Under the pieces are notes generated by a model that was not told the origin of the DNA, did no database searches, and saw nothing but the letters and a program-made list of their open reading frames with translations. From assembly GCA_001244265.2 (NCBI GenBank), contig CDLV01000012.1, forward strand, positions 62,001-126,000: a stretch of DNA of 64,000 bases, in the 5' to 3' direction. The stretch's first letter is position 1. Every line of letters begins with the position of its first letter. Made by a program: the position numbers and the translations under genes. The stretch is from Microbotryum violaceum. Taxonomy: Eukaryota. Shown one piece after another: positions 50,630 through 62,730 of the stretch.

Positions 50630-53600
50630 ATGGTCTCTTTCAGCTCCACCTCCACCTCGGGTCCGCAACGGATAGCGAGGACCCGCACCCGCCACAGTTC
50701 GATCACTTCGTCGCCGAGCTCCTGGTCTCTGCTGCGTTGGACCACGACCCTCACAGTCTCACTCCTTTCGTTTCCCTCCTCGACCCACGCACAGCAAGAG
50801 AGCACTTCCACCCCGGGCTTACCCCAGATCGACTACTCCGCATTAGGCACAGTCGGCGTCGTCGGTTCGTTCGCGGGCTTGCAATTCTACAACTCGAGTC
50901 AACCTGTACCGACCTACTCGGAGGCGGTCTCGACCTTGGTCGCTCGCGATCCGTCCGGAACCTTCACCAAGCTCGGCGAAACCAATTCGAACGGATCGAT
51001 TCAGGCCTTGTGTCAAACGACCTTGTCGGATGGGAGGAACGTCCTCTTTCTGGGAGGGGAATTCACCACGATCGGCGGTCTGACGACGAACAATATCGCC
51101 GTTTACGACTCGTCGACAAACACCTTTTCGGCTCTCGGTCAAGGTTTACAACCCATCGTGACCGCTTTGGCGTGCAATTCCACTCTCCTCATTGCGGGTG
51201 GGACCTTCCAAACACCCGTAGGAGCCGCGACCACCGCAGGGTTTGCAGGTCACGTCGCACAATGGTCCATCCCCGACCAATCGTGGGCACCGCCACCGTT
51301 CGCGGGCCTCGATGGGCCGGTCGAGACCATCGTCCCTAGCATCGACGGCAAGAGTATCTTCTTCGGTGGCAACTTCAACACGACTTATTCGACCGTCACT
51401 AAAGGCTCCGGTCCGCTATCCAACTTGACGAATACGACGACGGCGTCAAACACAACGACCACGTTCGCCTCGCTCGGATCGTCACTCGTGCCTATCTCGC
51501 TCAACCAATCCGACTACACCGCCAGTCCGACAACCTATACCAGTGGCTTTGGCAAGCCGGAGAATATCTTCTGTCCTCGGCATGGGGATGGGGTAGGGGC
51601 AAGTTGGTTGCTCGTCGATGGGATGGTCGGGTTCTTTATCGTTCGAACGCACAGGCCTTTACAGGCCAGGGGGATCCGGTTGGGGAACACGTTCTATGGT
51701 GGACGAGGCACCAAGACCTTCAGGTGCGTTGGTCAAACGCGTACCTGAGCTTGTTTCGGTGAAGGACTGACCCATTCTTGTACCTTGCCATCTCGCAGTC
51801 TCATCTCGATTCCGAACGATAAGGTGTTGACGTTGACGTACGCCAGCGATCCTCGCAACGCCAGCTCAGCACTCAGGACGTGCTCGACCAATTGTCCGCT
51901 TGCGCATGACGCGGACGTCCCTTACCAAGACTTTCTCTTCCCCGTCGGCACGGATTTGACTGGCTTCCAGCTCAACCTGCTCGAATTTTATGGCCCCGGC
52001 GCTGGATTGCATTTGCTCCAGTTGCTGAGCGATGGTTCCTTTGCCTACGCCGTCGAGAGTCAAAACACCGTCACGTGCACTTCGGGGCTCGGTGCATCAC
52101 AGGAGAGCACCGTCTCGATGACGGGGGTGTGGAACGAGACCAAGCTCGTCTCTTCCGAGATTGCGGGAACGACCTCCGACGTCCTGGTTTCGGTCATCAG
52201 TGCGGGAACGAAAAAGCACCAATCGCCGACCATCACGTGGAGGCCTTATGTTGCGCAGACGGGCAAGTACTCAATTTACCTCGATACGCCCGGGTGTCAG
52301 GCCCAGGGCAACTGTGCGCAACGCTTAAGCGCCGTCGGTGTTTACGTCTCCCCTTTTGGCTTCAACGTCACGGCCAACACGAACTACACCGATAGCGTCA
52401 TCAAGACCGAGGTCGACCAGACAAACCCCCAGGACGCCCAGGTCTTGATTTACCGAGGTCCCTTGCTTGCCAATGCGCTCTCCAACACCTCGCTCGAAGT
52501 AACGATCTGTTTAGGCGACATGGGTGCGCCGACCAACGGCTCGACGTACGACCTCGTCGCCAACTTTATCACGCTCGTCGCTGCTTCGACGGATGGGAAC
52601 GCTTCGGCATTGTCGACGACGGTGTTGACGCCTTCGTATGGACTGTACGAATACGTCGTCGGTACTGGGCCCGGCGCGTTCGGGGATGCCGTTTTGGCGA
52701 ACGAGACGCAGTCGAATGCGATCTCGACCTTGACGACGAAAGCGACGATCGTCGATCAAATCGCTTCCCGTCTTGACGCCGGTGCAGTTGTCAATGCCAT
52801 CGTATCCGTGGGTACGGCCGACACGGCTCGCTTGTTCCTCGGTGGTAACTTCATGTTCAGCAACGCAACGACCAACAAGACGAACCTCACTTCGGCGAAC
52901 GTGATCGAGTACACCAAGACGAGCGGGATCGTCGCTGCTCCTAACGGAGGTCTTGACGGCATCGTCACGTCTTTGCTCGAGTTGAATGGCGTACTGTACG
53001 CTGCTGGAACGTTCATCCAGACGACCGATGGGAAGGTCAAAAGTCTGCAAGGGCTCGCTCAGTGGGCGTACACGAACACATCGGCGGCGTGGTCCGCTAT
53101 CGGCACTTTGTTGCCTTCGTCGTTCTCGGCGACGATCACCCAGCTCGCGACCATCAGGGACTCGACGACGAACACGACCGAGATCGTACTCATCAGTCCT
53201 TCCGGAATGGTCACTCTCAACCCTTCGTCTGGTGTCGTCAATTCGACCGGAGTTGGATTGGTCGTCGGATCCGTTTCGGCTTTCGCTCCTCCGAGTTTTG
53301 CGTCCAACCCGACTGACAATACTTATTTCGCTGGTTCGCTCCTCGCTGTCACGGATGAAACCTCGCCGAGTGGATCATTCTTAACCAGTAGAAGCAGAGG
53401 AAGCCCTGACTTGGTTCCTTTCGATTACTCCTTCACGGATGCGAGCCCGACCAGTTCGGCGAGCACCAACGCCTCGACGACGACGCAAGTCGCGCGTTTG
53501 CGTCGAAGCAATTCCAGAGACCTCGTAGCCATGGCCGCTTCGCTCCTCGCTTCCAGGGCCGTCACCGACGTCGTCACCTCCTTGCCTGCCGATTTATCCG

Positions 53601-55483
53601 GTCTCAGTTCGTCGTCAACTGCGAACCGAGTCGTCGCTGGTGCGTTCTGGCAGAACGGCTCGACGCAATATACAGTCCTGGGAGGGCATTTCACCACCTC
53701 TACCGGAGCCGTCAATCTGGGCTTGTACAACGCCAAGGATAGAATACTTTCTCCCATACCCGGTTTAAACGTCGAGGGGGTTGTTGGGGCTTTGGAAGTG
53801 GTCGGTGATGTCTTGTGGGTTGGGGGTAATTTAAGTACGGGCGCGACGAGTACGGTGGCGTCGAGACAGGGGTTGGTGTCGTATCAGCTCAAGTCGCAGG
53901 TGGTGTTGGATCAGCCGCCGGCTTTGACGGGTATGTTTGGGTTCTTACGCCGTTGTCCCTAGTTTGTTTATGGAGGCTAATGAATGGTTGTGGTTGCGGT
54001 TGCGCCACAGGTTACGCTGGTCAAGTCCCGATCGTGCGCTCCATCACGCAACGACCCGGCTTCGCGTCCCAGGTCATCGTTGCCGGTGCGTTCGCCTCGG
54101 CAGGTGCTGTCCCTTCGTGCCAGTCCATCTGCTCGTGGGATACGACGACCCTCCAATGGACGCCCCTTTCAGGAGGTCTTCAAGGCATCGTCGGCTCGAT
54201 CGCTTTCGCCGGCGACAAGGCCGAGTTCCTCTACGCCGGCGGGGACTTTATCCTCAACGGTGCAACGACCTATTTCGCTCAATGGACCTTCACCAACTCG
54301 TCTTGGTCAGCGATTGGGTCGAGTCTCCCCGGTCCGGTCACGGCGGTCTCGACCGACGATTACAATCAGAACAAAGTCTTTGTCGCGGGATCCATCTCGT
54401 CGACTGGGGCACCTTACCTCTGGTACTACAACGGTCAAACCTGGACCGACATTAACAATGGTGCGATCTCGGCGTCGTCCTCCGGCGAAAGTGGGATTCA
54501 ACAACTCGTCTTCCTCCCCCTTTCGCAAGGCCATTCAGCGAACAGCATCGTCGAGTCGAACCGCATGTTGCTCGTCTCCGGTGCGATGAGCATCAACAAC
54601 ACCCTCATCGCTTCCGCCTTGTACGACGGCGCTAAATGGTACCCTTACCTCCTTGCCACGGCCAGTACAGGCGGTGGGGGATCGATCGCGCAATTATTTT
54701 ATTCGTTGACGTCGTTCTCGCTCGGGATGGCGCATCATTTGAGCGTCGGTCTCGTCATCCTCATTTCGATCGCGATCGCTTTGGGAGTTGTCTTCCTCCT
54801 CGTTCTAATTGGTTTGTTGATCGCACTAGCTAGAAGAAGGGAGGAAGAACGTCCAAACCAATTACACGACGAGAACGCCTCGGCCGAATCCGGCAAAGGT
54901 TCCGGAGTCACCGGAGGAAGAGAAGGAGGAGGAGGGGGACTTCGTCGTCCGACGGACCTCCTCGCGACCGTCGGAGCAGCCACTGCTGTTCTACTCGATT
55001 CCTCGCACGAAAAATCCCGGTCCGCCCCTGCGACGGGCCATCATTCCGACGATGAATCATTGAGAGGTGGAATGGCGGCTGTAGGAGGTGCGGGAGCACT
55101 GTCGTATGATTCGCATGGGTACGATGAAACGGATGAGCCGTTGGAGGCGGATTCGACGGCGAGGGCGAGGTATTCGTTCACGGCCGAACATCCGGGAGAG
55201 TGAGTTGCTGGCCAATGTGTGATTTTTGTTTTATTTCCGAAGCGGTGTACTGATTTGATGGTGTTTGTCGCCTCGGTACTAGGTTGTCGGTCTCTGCAGG
55301 CGAGGACTTGACCGTGCTCGAGAACGGTGATCCCAATTGGTAAGTCGGATCTCGCACCTCAATCTACGTCTATAGAGATATGAATCTCATTTAATCGACT
55401 CGCTGCGTGTATCCTCCCACAGGTTCCTCGTCGCCAACTCGACCGGCCAACGAGGCCTCATGCCCGCTTCCTATCTCGCCTAG
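50630..55483 (+). CDS. RAX2: Cortical polarity marker Rax2-like type I membrane protein with C-terminal SH3
   Basis: Motifs VGVVGSFAGLQFY, repeated GGxF propeller blades, GIRLGNT, AGLHLLQLLSDGSFAYA, ALYDGAKWYPYL, TM GLVILISIAIALGVVFLLVLIGLL and SH3 ARYSFTAEHPGE|LSV...W|F...GLMPASYL. Likely 5'UTR intron at ~50274-50619. Confidence 0.9.
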
Positions 55484-56614
55484 AACGGCCCGCATCCCAT
55501 CATCTATTCGCAGGACGTCTCGTATCGCAAACTTTCTCTCTATATCGACGTATACCACCTCGGGGTTGTTTTCTTTTCCTTCCCTTCGACATTCGGCTTC
55601 TTTCGAAAAAAATCACTGCGTTCTCATCGACGTTCGTTTCCACTCTTTCACACCCACTCGTTTTCGTGATACCCGCGACGACACCATATACCCCATCTAG
55701 AAAATCATGCAACACTTATGACTCTCTTCTGATTTTGTTCACCTTTCTCCCTCTCTTCGTCTTGTGCATTTCGCCTAGTGCCGACTGCCAGTTTTGGAGT
55801 TTTATAGAATTGCAATATTGCGCACGCGCCGCGCAGGGAGGGAGGGGGGGGGGGGGTCTTTTTTTTCTTTTTTTTTTCTGAATAAAACTCGTTTCATTCT
55901 TTCCCTCAGCACCTCTTTTTTTGTTAATTTAATAAATCGCACAGGCTTTATCTTTCTACACACCAATTTGGGGTTTTCGTTTTTGAAGAAGGTAGCATGT
56001 GAGAACGTTAAAATGTACGACAATGATCGATCGACGATGGAGGGGAGACGGGGGATGATCACGATTCGATCGATGAACATTCATTCATTCATTCATTCGC
56101 CCATTTCACACCAATGGTTTCGGGGTCAGTTTCCAAAGCTTTCAATTTCAAAGTCAAGTGTCTTAAACAGTCAAGTGTCTTGAAAAAGTCGAGACACCGA
56201 ATGTCCAATTCCCCCCGACGCAAACGCGCACCAAGACACGAGCAGGGGCGCGCACGTCATGACTCGACCTCCTCTCTCCATCTCTCTCCGTGTCCGTCCG
56301 TATCTAGCGATGTGGCAGCTGGTGAACGTGATGACTAAAGGGGCAATAAAAAGACGCGAAAATTAAGCTCGGTAAATCGTAATCATTAACGTTGCAGATA
56401 ATGAGTAAACGAAACGGGTATTGAACTACAGGACATACGTAGTAGGGTTGAGGGGAGGGTGGGTGAGGAGAAAAGGCATGTGCGAAGGCAGGCAAGTCCA
56501 AAACGAAGGCACGGGGGGAAGTCGAGGTGTTTCAGGCAACCAAATGGCGAGCTCGAAACGCGTTGCATCACGAAAGGGTGCAGCGTCCTGTGACGAGTCG
56601 AAATGGAAAGGTAT

Positions 56615-57380
56615 CTACGAGGTCACTTTCTTATCCTCGATGTACTTGGCGTTGTTGATCAGGATGAAAGGCGCTTGCGACAGGTAGCGAACCTGGAACT
56701 TGTAGCTGCCGTCGGGCAAGAGCTGCTTTTCACGCTCGTAGATGTCAAGCTGGTGGGACAACCACCCATTCGACGAGAAAAGTCTTAGCATCGTCTGAAA
56801 CCGTAGAGCAGTCTGACGAGGAGTAGACTCCGGTCGTTGGCGAAAATGAAACTTACATTTGCCAGGAGGGGTTTGCCCTTCTCCTCAGGGGTTGCATGGA
56901 AGACCGGGGGCAGCCTAAAAGTCGCCTCGTATAAGCCTGTGCTATCGATGGGACCCATATCTTGGGCAAACTGGTACGATGTTGTGAAGCAGATTTAGCT
57001 CATACTTGGATCTTTGGAGGTAGACGAGAGTTTTTCTGAAGCCGGCGGGCCAGAGAGAGAGAGAGAGAAATAGGGGGTTTGGGGCGTTGGGGCGTTGTCA
57101 AGGGTTGAGGTTGTTTACCACTCACGACAAATGTGTTGAGCCCGTTCTTAGTCCTCAAAACAACGTCAATGGCCGCCGTCTCGAGCGAAACGCGCAGGAA
57201 ACCTTGGTACTTCAAATTGAGCCCATTACCGGCGGCGTAGTTCTGGTGGTCCAAGGGCGTGATGGTGATACCGCTCGGGCCGGGGAGTCCCCGCGGGAGG
57301 GCTGCCGCCCGCTTGGGCGAGGCCGAAGTGGTGATCGAGAGCAAGGTCAGCACGAGGGCCGCAGAAACCTTGAAAAGCAT
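56615..57380 (-). CDS. Small secreted Cys-free protein (~167 aa), effector candidate A
   Basis: Signal peptide MLFKVSAALVLTLLSITTSA. Exons 57380-57126, 56970-56857 and 56749-56615 have canonical splice sites and one open frame. Confidence 0.8.
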
Positions 57381-57513
57381 GATGATGGAAGCGAGTTTGA
57401 GGAAGTGGACTTGAGGTTAAGACTTGGTCCGGAGAGATCGAGACGTTCAATGACTTGGTAGGGATGAGGGTGGGAAGGGAGGAAGGGAAGACATACGGGC
57501 GTGGACCTCGCTT

Positions 57514-58459
57514 ACGATTTGGATCAACCTGAAACGACCAGAACACGTCAACAGTCGATTGTAGCAGTTCTCGCGACCTTTGAAGGATCGAACCCTTACA
57601 GAACCAAACCCTAGACACGCACACCATGGCATGTCTCACTGCGCAAGACTCGGCACATCGGTTCCGCTTTTGTTTCGGGTCCGAGGGTGGAGCACGTTTT
57701 TTGCCTTTGACGTCAGTCGTGATTCCCAGCGAGGCAGCATTCAGCACTCGGCGGTGCAACGGCTGAGCCCCCTAGTTTCACTTGCCTCTGGTCCCACGAC
57801 ATTCGCATCGCTTTAGCTCAGGGGCCTCCGTAGGTTTGGAGAAAATATATCACTGACCCTTTCCAAATGGAGGACAAGAATTCATCAGACGTACCGCGGC
57901 ACGCGGGTCGAACAGCATCGGCCGAAGCTACGGGCCTTCCGAGAAATTCAGAGGAAAACTTCAGGGGCTTAGTCGTAATTAGCGACACCGCTTTACCTCT
58001 CGAAAGGAGAGGAGACAAGACCGAATAGGCTCAGCTGAAACATGGACGAGGCGCTGAGAGACCGCATGATTGTGCGCATCCCGTCTCGAAGCTGCCGAAT
58101 CAGACTGGCACATACAGGTGTGGCAGGGCCAACCCAGCCAAGTTTATAAGGACACTAAAGCAGGACCTGGGAAAGCTCAGCCCAATGTGCATCTCGGAGA
58201 TTTGTACTTTTCGGGCGCATTTATGCCTTGTAATATGCTACATGACCTAGTTTCTGATGGTAGAGTAACTTTTTTAACATAACTCGATAATCTGATCTTA
58301 CACCGGAATACACATACCCCTTGATAGAATATTCGGTGTGCAAATCGGCCTTAAAAGGGGTTTTTTCGAGACGCATATGCGCACCTTCGGCTGAGCTTTC
58401 CTGGGTCCTTCTAATACACTGTTGACGTGTTCTGGTCGTTTCAGGTTGATCCAAATCGT
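57514..58459. repeat. Perfect 42-bp inverted repeat enclosing ~860 bp (possible non-autonomous TIR element)
   Basis: ACGATTTGGATCAACCTGAAACGACCAGAACACGTCAACAGT at 57514-57555 and its exact reverse complement at 58418-58459. Confidence 0.85.
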
Positions 58460-58699
58460 CTAAGTCAGCTTCAAGGTCTAAAGGAAAGAGAGACTATCCA
58501 AAGGCACTGTGACAAATCTATTCAAATGAGAGGAGGGCAAGTTGTCTCAGTTGTGGGCAAGGCCCGTGGGAGGGGCGCTGTAAGGTGCATAATGCGCCTC
58601 TGATTACCCTTACCCTAACTAGTCAAAAAAAAGTGTTGATCCGCGACCATGTACCTAAAATCGCTGTTTTTGACTGTGTTGCGGCCCTCTGGGCCGCCT

Positions 58700-60884
58700 A
58701 TAGTGAATATACAAGTACAGTATTGCGTCTGCCGCACCTGCCTGTGATATTGGCGTTCCGACCAGAAGTCATGTACGACCCTTTCCGCATTTTCTGCACC
58801 ATAAAAGTCGAGCTACAGCCCGAGGACAATTTTTGTTGATTTCTGGCGGGGTGCCCAACTATTGAGCAGTTTGTGTATGATTTAATGTATAGCGCGTGGG
58901 TTTGCATGACACTTCTTCTACAGAGCTCAGGCGTGGTCTCGCTGTCGTTGACGCGTTGACGCGCGGACGCGGGCACCGCTACGCGCGCGATGCCCCGTCG
59001 ATCACGTGACGTATTTCTGGCATCCCGATACCGGTTTTCGGGGCTCAACAACAACATGAGGTTCCAGGCGCTGTGAATACTCCCTCTACTCTCTCCAATT
59101 TTCGCCTTTTCCCTCCTACTCTCATCGAATTTGCGTGACAACCGCGCCGAGTCTCTGGCGCGAGGATAGCGTACCGCCGTGCCATGGGAGACCATGGACC
59201 CGCTGGGCGCCCGGCTCATCTCCTCTCCTCTTCGTCCCGCTCCGATCAACAGAATCAGCTCCCCGCGCGTAATGACAATAACCAACCGATCTTGGTATTG
59301 CGACTCGTATAAGCGTCCGCCGCCATACAGCTTTGTAGAACGGACAGCGTGGTCAGCGCGATGGCCAACTCGACGCTGGGCTCGCCCCACCACCACCTCC
59401 GCAAAGGCGAGTGCGCCGGGCTCGAATCGCGCTCAAACCCCTTAAGCCCACGTTTCGATCCGCGACGACCTCGGCCCGCAGACGGCCGTGTGCACCCACT
59501 GCAAGGCTCGGCACTGGGAACTAGGACCCCCCGTGTTTCGCGTGTTTGGTCGCCTCTACCATCGACTCGGCGCCCTGATCCCTGCCGTGAATCAATGCCC
59601 AGCCTTTGCTCAAACATGGCTGATCAACCCGGCCGAGGCCACCGACACTCGACTTGAACCCGACGGCGCAGACAGTCACATGCAACGATCTACTTTGACC
59701 AAGCTCGAGTCCATGTTGCGCACCGGCAATTGCTTTGTGAGGGAGTTCGCTTCGGCCAAAGGCCGTGCGGGTTGGGATACGGCCAAAGAGTGGATCATGC
59801 GCCTCTGCCTCCCGCCAGGCCGGGACCGACGCACCCACAACCTTCCTACGTCGAGCACGGAAATGGCGATGCTTATCTGCGATTCCGAGCACATCAGCAC
59901 CGGAGATCGTGGACCGCAAGACCTTATTCTCCAGGTGCACGGTGATCGATGTCCCGATGGTCGGCCCAAGTACCCAATCGTTAGCTGGCTCCATCCGTCT
60001 ACGATGCCTCTCCGTTACCCACTACTTTTTCCTGCAGGGGAAGATGGCTTCCACCCCAACATTCCTCTTTGCGCGTTCAATCAAATTGGGCCACTCTTTG
60101 CCAAAAGACCGCGACGAGGAAGAAGGGGACGCAGAGAATGGTGATGGTGAACGTAAGCCCCTTCGGCTCTTTCTCGGATGTTCCATTCTGTTAAGGCGCA
60201 CGCACAGACTGACATTGAACGTTTGAACACCTAGGACGAAGCTCAAATAAAGGGGATCGAGGTGGCGAGTCTCGCGTTCACAATTATTTGCGTACTACTT
60301 GCACAGACGCGACGAGTACTTCTCAATCCCGCATTGCACCCAACGTGTCTTCCTGGCGTTCGTGATGACGGATGCTCCCAGGTCGAGACCGATTGACTCA
60401 AATTACCTCCAGTTGGATCAAGAAAACCTCCGCCTCACCACGGGCCAAGGCATCATCAGCTTGAACCCGGATCAAGTTGGATGTTCGGTGATTTTGGGCT
60501 CAACGTTCAAGAATAGACCGCGCGAGAACACGCAGCGTTACCAAGATGCGATGGCGTGCGTCGTAAAATATGGAAAGCCTTCGCTGTTCATCACGGTGAC
60601 GTGCAACCCCGAATGGCTTGAAATCAAGGCTGCACTGGGGCCGAACGACCAAGCAAGCAACCGACCGGAACTCATTGCACGAGCGTTTGAATCCAAGTTG
60701 AACCGACTCTGCGACGACAACTTCTTTGGCAACAAGCAACGGGCAGGCTGTTTGTGAATGGAGAACTGTTTCTTTGCTGTACTTCGTAGTGTGTTTATTT
60801 AACCTCTGTTGAAATCATGTAGACTGTTCGGTTCTCCTGCTATTTGAATTTCACCCTCCCGTTAATTTAACGGGTTCCCACTGG
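58700..60884 (+). mobile_element. Degenerate, internally deleted Helitron (Helitron_like_N region only); 5' boundary approximate
   Basis: Reads LGPQTAVCTHCKARHWE, PPVFRVFGRLYHRLGALIP..FAQ, PLRYPLLFPAGEDGFH and RYQDAMACVVKYGKPSLFITVTCNPEW..RPELIARAF. The 3' hairpin CCCGTTAATTTAACGGG (60858-60874) is followed by CTGG|T at 60881-60885. Confidence 0.88.
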
Positions 60885-62084
60885 TGTGCATAAAATACTA
60901 AAAACAAGTCGTAACTAGAACTCGGCAGTTCTATCTACTCAGAGCCTACTTATAGGGCTGTTCTGTAAGGCATCCCCTTACAGTTGTGACCGAGCATAGA
61001 TTTGGGACTTCGCGGGTCAGGGTAGGTGCGCATGCGCAGTCACTCTCCTGTCTTTGTCTCGACCGAGTTGGGAAGTGGCGGCGGGGCCTGGCAGGGAGCG
61101 GCGAGGTGGGCCTCTTGTCGTTAGTACGCTAGTTGTTTTCCTTTCTCTCTGTCTCTCTCTCATTCGTCTCCTGGTGGGTGGGAGCAACCGCTTGGCTGCG
61201 CACTTGAATCCGAAGTATCGGATTGGTGGACCTGGCCCGTTTCTCGCATCTTGCGGGCGGCTTATGTTATCATCGTCGACTTCCATCTAGTTCTTCTGTA
61301 GGCCAATCAGGGGGAACAGGGATTGGGAAATAGGATGAACAATTTTTTCAACAACAAAAAAAAAACAAAAAAATGGCGCACCCCTCACAGGTTCTGAAAA
61401 AGGTAGGGCCGATCGAGCACTGGCGTATCGTTTCGAATTCGAAGGCTTCTATATGAATATGAATGCTATGATTCAGCAACGCGTCCGCTTCTTAGGTGCG
61501 ACCAGGTACCCACACGGGAGAACAGAGGCGGTGCCCCTTCTGTGTAGTTGCGTAGCCAAGAAGGCAGCGACTCGGAGCCCCGCCGGGTCGGTGGACGACG
61601 GGAAGCGTGCCAAATGTGCCACCGGTCTCGCGGTTTGGTAATGCGATCTTAAGGTTGGCATCTCTTCAAACAATTATGAAATGGCAGAATCCGCCTCGGG
61701 GCTTGACCTGCTTAATGCCCAATCGATTGCTGCAGCTCCTGCGCGCGGTCACCGAAGCTTGCCGTCTTCCACGTAAAGGCACTGACAGCTCGGTGCTTGG
61801 CTATGATAAACTTGACTCTCGAATGCATGGGAGACGGCAAGATACGGAAAAACTTGTCTACATAGAAATTGAAGCAATGATTGAGAACAGGTGGCTGAGA
61901 AATGAGAAAGGATCTGTGGCCAAGGTAAGTCTCTCGAGACTAGAACCCATCCCACAAAGAAGGCACAAGAAGTCAAAGAGGTGGACCGATGAACGCGAGA
62001 CCAGGATGAGCGAGTCGAGAAGCAGTCATTTGGAGACAAGACGGTTTCTGGGTGTGACGGTGCGTGTGCGATGGTACCATTCGA

Positions 62085-62730
62085 TCATTGCGAGTGCGCG
62101 TGGAGCGTGATCGTCAAGGGAACATTGATGGTTTGGACTTGTTTTTGGAAATTTTGCTCCGAGATCTCCAACTTGTCACACGTTTGCATCGGTATCAATT
62201 TAGTTCAGTCATGAGTCGGCCCGTACTCGCCAGTCGAGACCAACTCACCATGGCTTCGATAGAGTCGCCCGTTTTGGCTGTTTTGACCGTGTTGGCATTA
62301 AAATATTCCAACGGAGGAAGCCGAAAGTCCACGGAGACAGGCTCCGTTTGAGCGCTGGATAAGTCATTGGCGAACTAAAAGTACTTGTTTCAAACGCATC
62401 AGGTAAATGAGACCCTCGAAGCAAGGAAGCGTTTCAAGATTCTCGTCGGGTACTCACATCGAAGGTGGGGAATTGGTCCTTTTCGACGGCTTTCAACGAG
62501 AGCTTGGTAATTTGAAAAAAACTATCCTGGCGATCCCCTTCGGCGGGATAATATACAAAACTGAACGCCTCGTCTGTTTTCAAAGCTTTGCCATAGGCTG
62601 GTGAAGTGACGGTACTTTTGGTTGAGGAAGGTGACATGGCGCGACCTTCGACCGTATCGTTTGACTGGGAGGCGGACACGCCGAGCGAGACGAGGGTCAA
62701 TGCGAGTGTGAAGGTGAGCTTGAGGAGCAT
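62085..62730 (-). CDS. Small secreted Cys-free protein (~161 aa), effector candidate B, paralog of A
   Basis: Signal peptide MLLKLTFTLALTLVSLGVSA. Exons 62730-62458, 62374-62249 and 62171-62085. Shares FAxD...FRLPP and L[DE]IxE with gene A. Confidence 0.8.

Noticed and set aside
58604-58620. Telomere-like TTACCCTTACCCTAAC
   Set aside because: Too short to distinguish from chance.
58578-60982. CTGTAAGG...CCTTACAG ends suggesting an LTR or TIR element hosting the Helitron
   Set aside because: Only 8 bp, no matching TSD, and the right end also pairs locally at 60964-60982.
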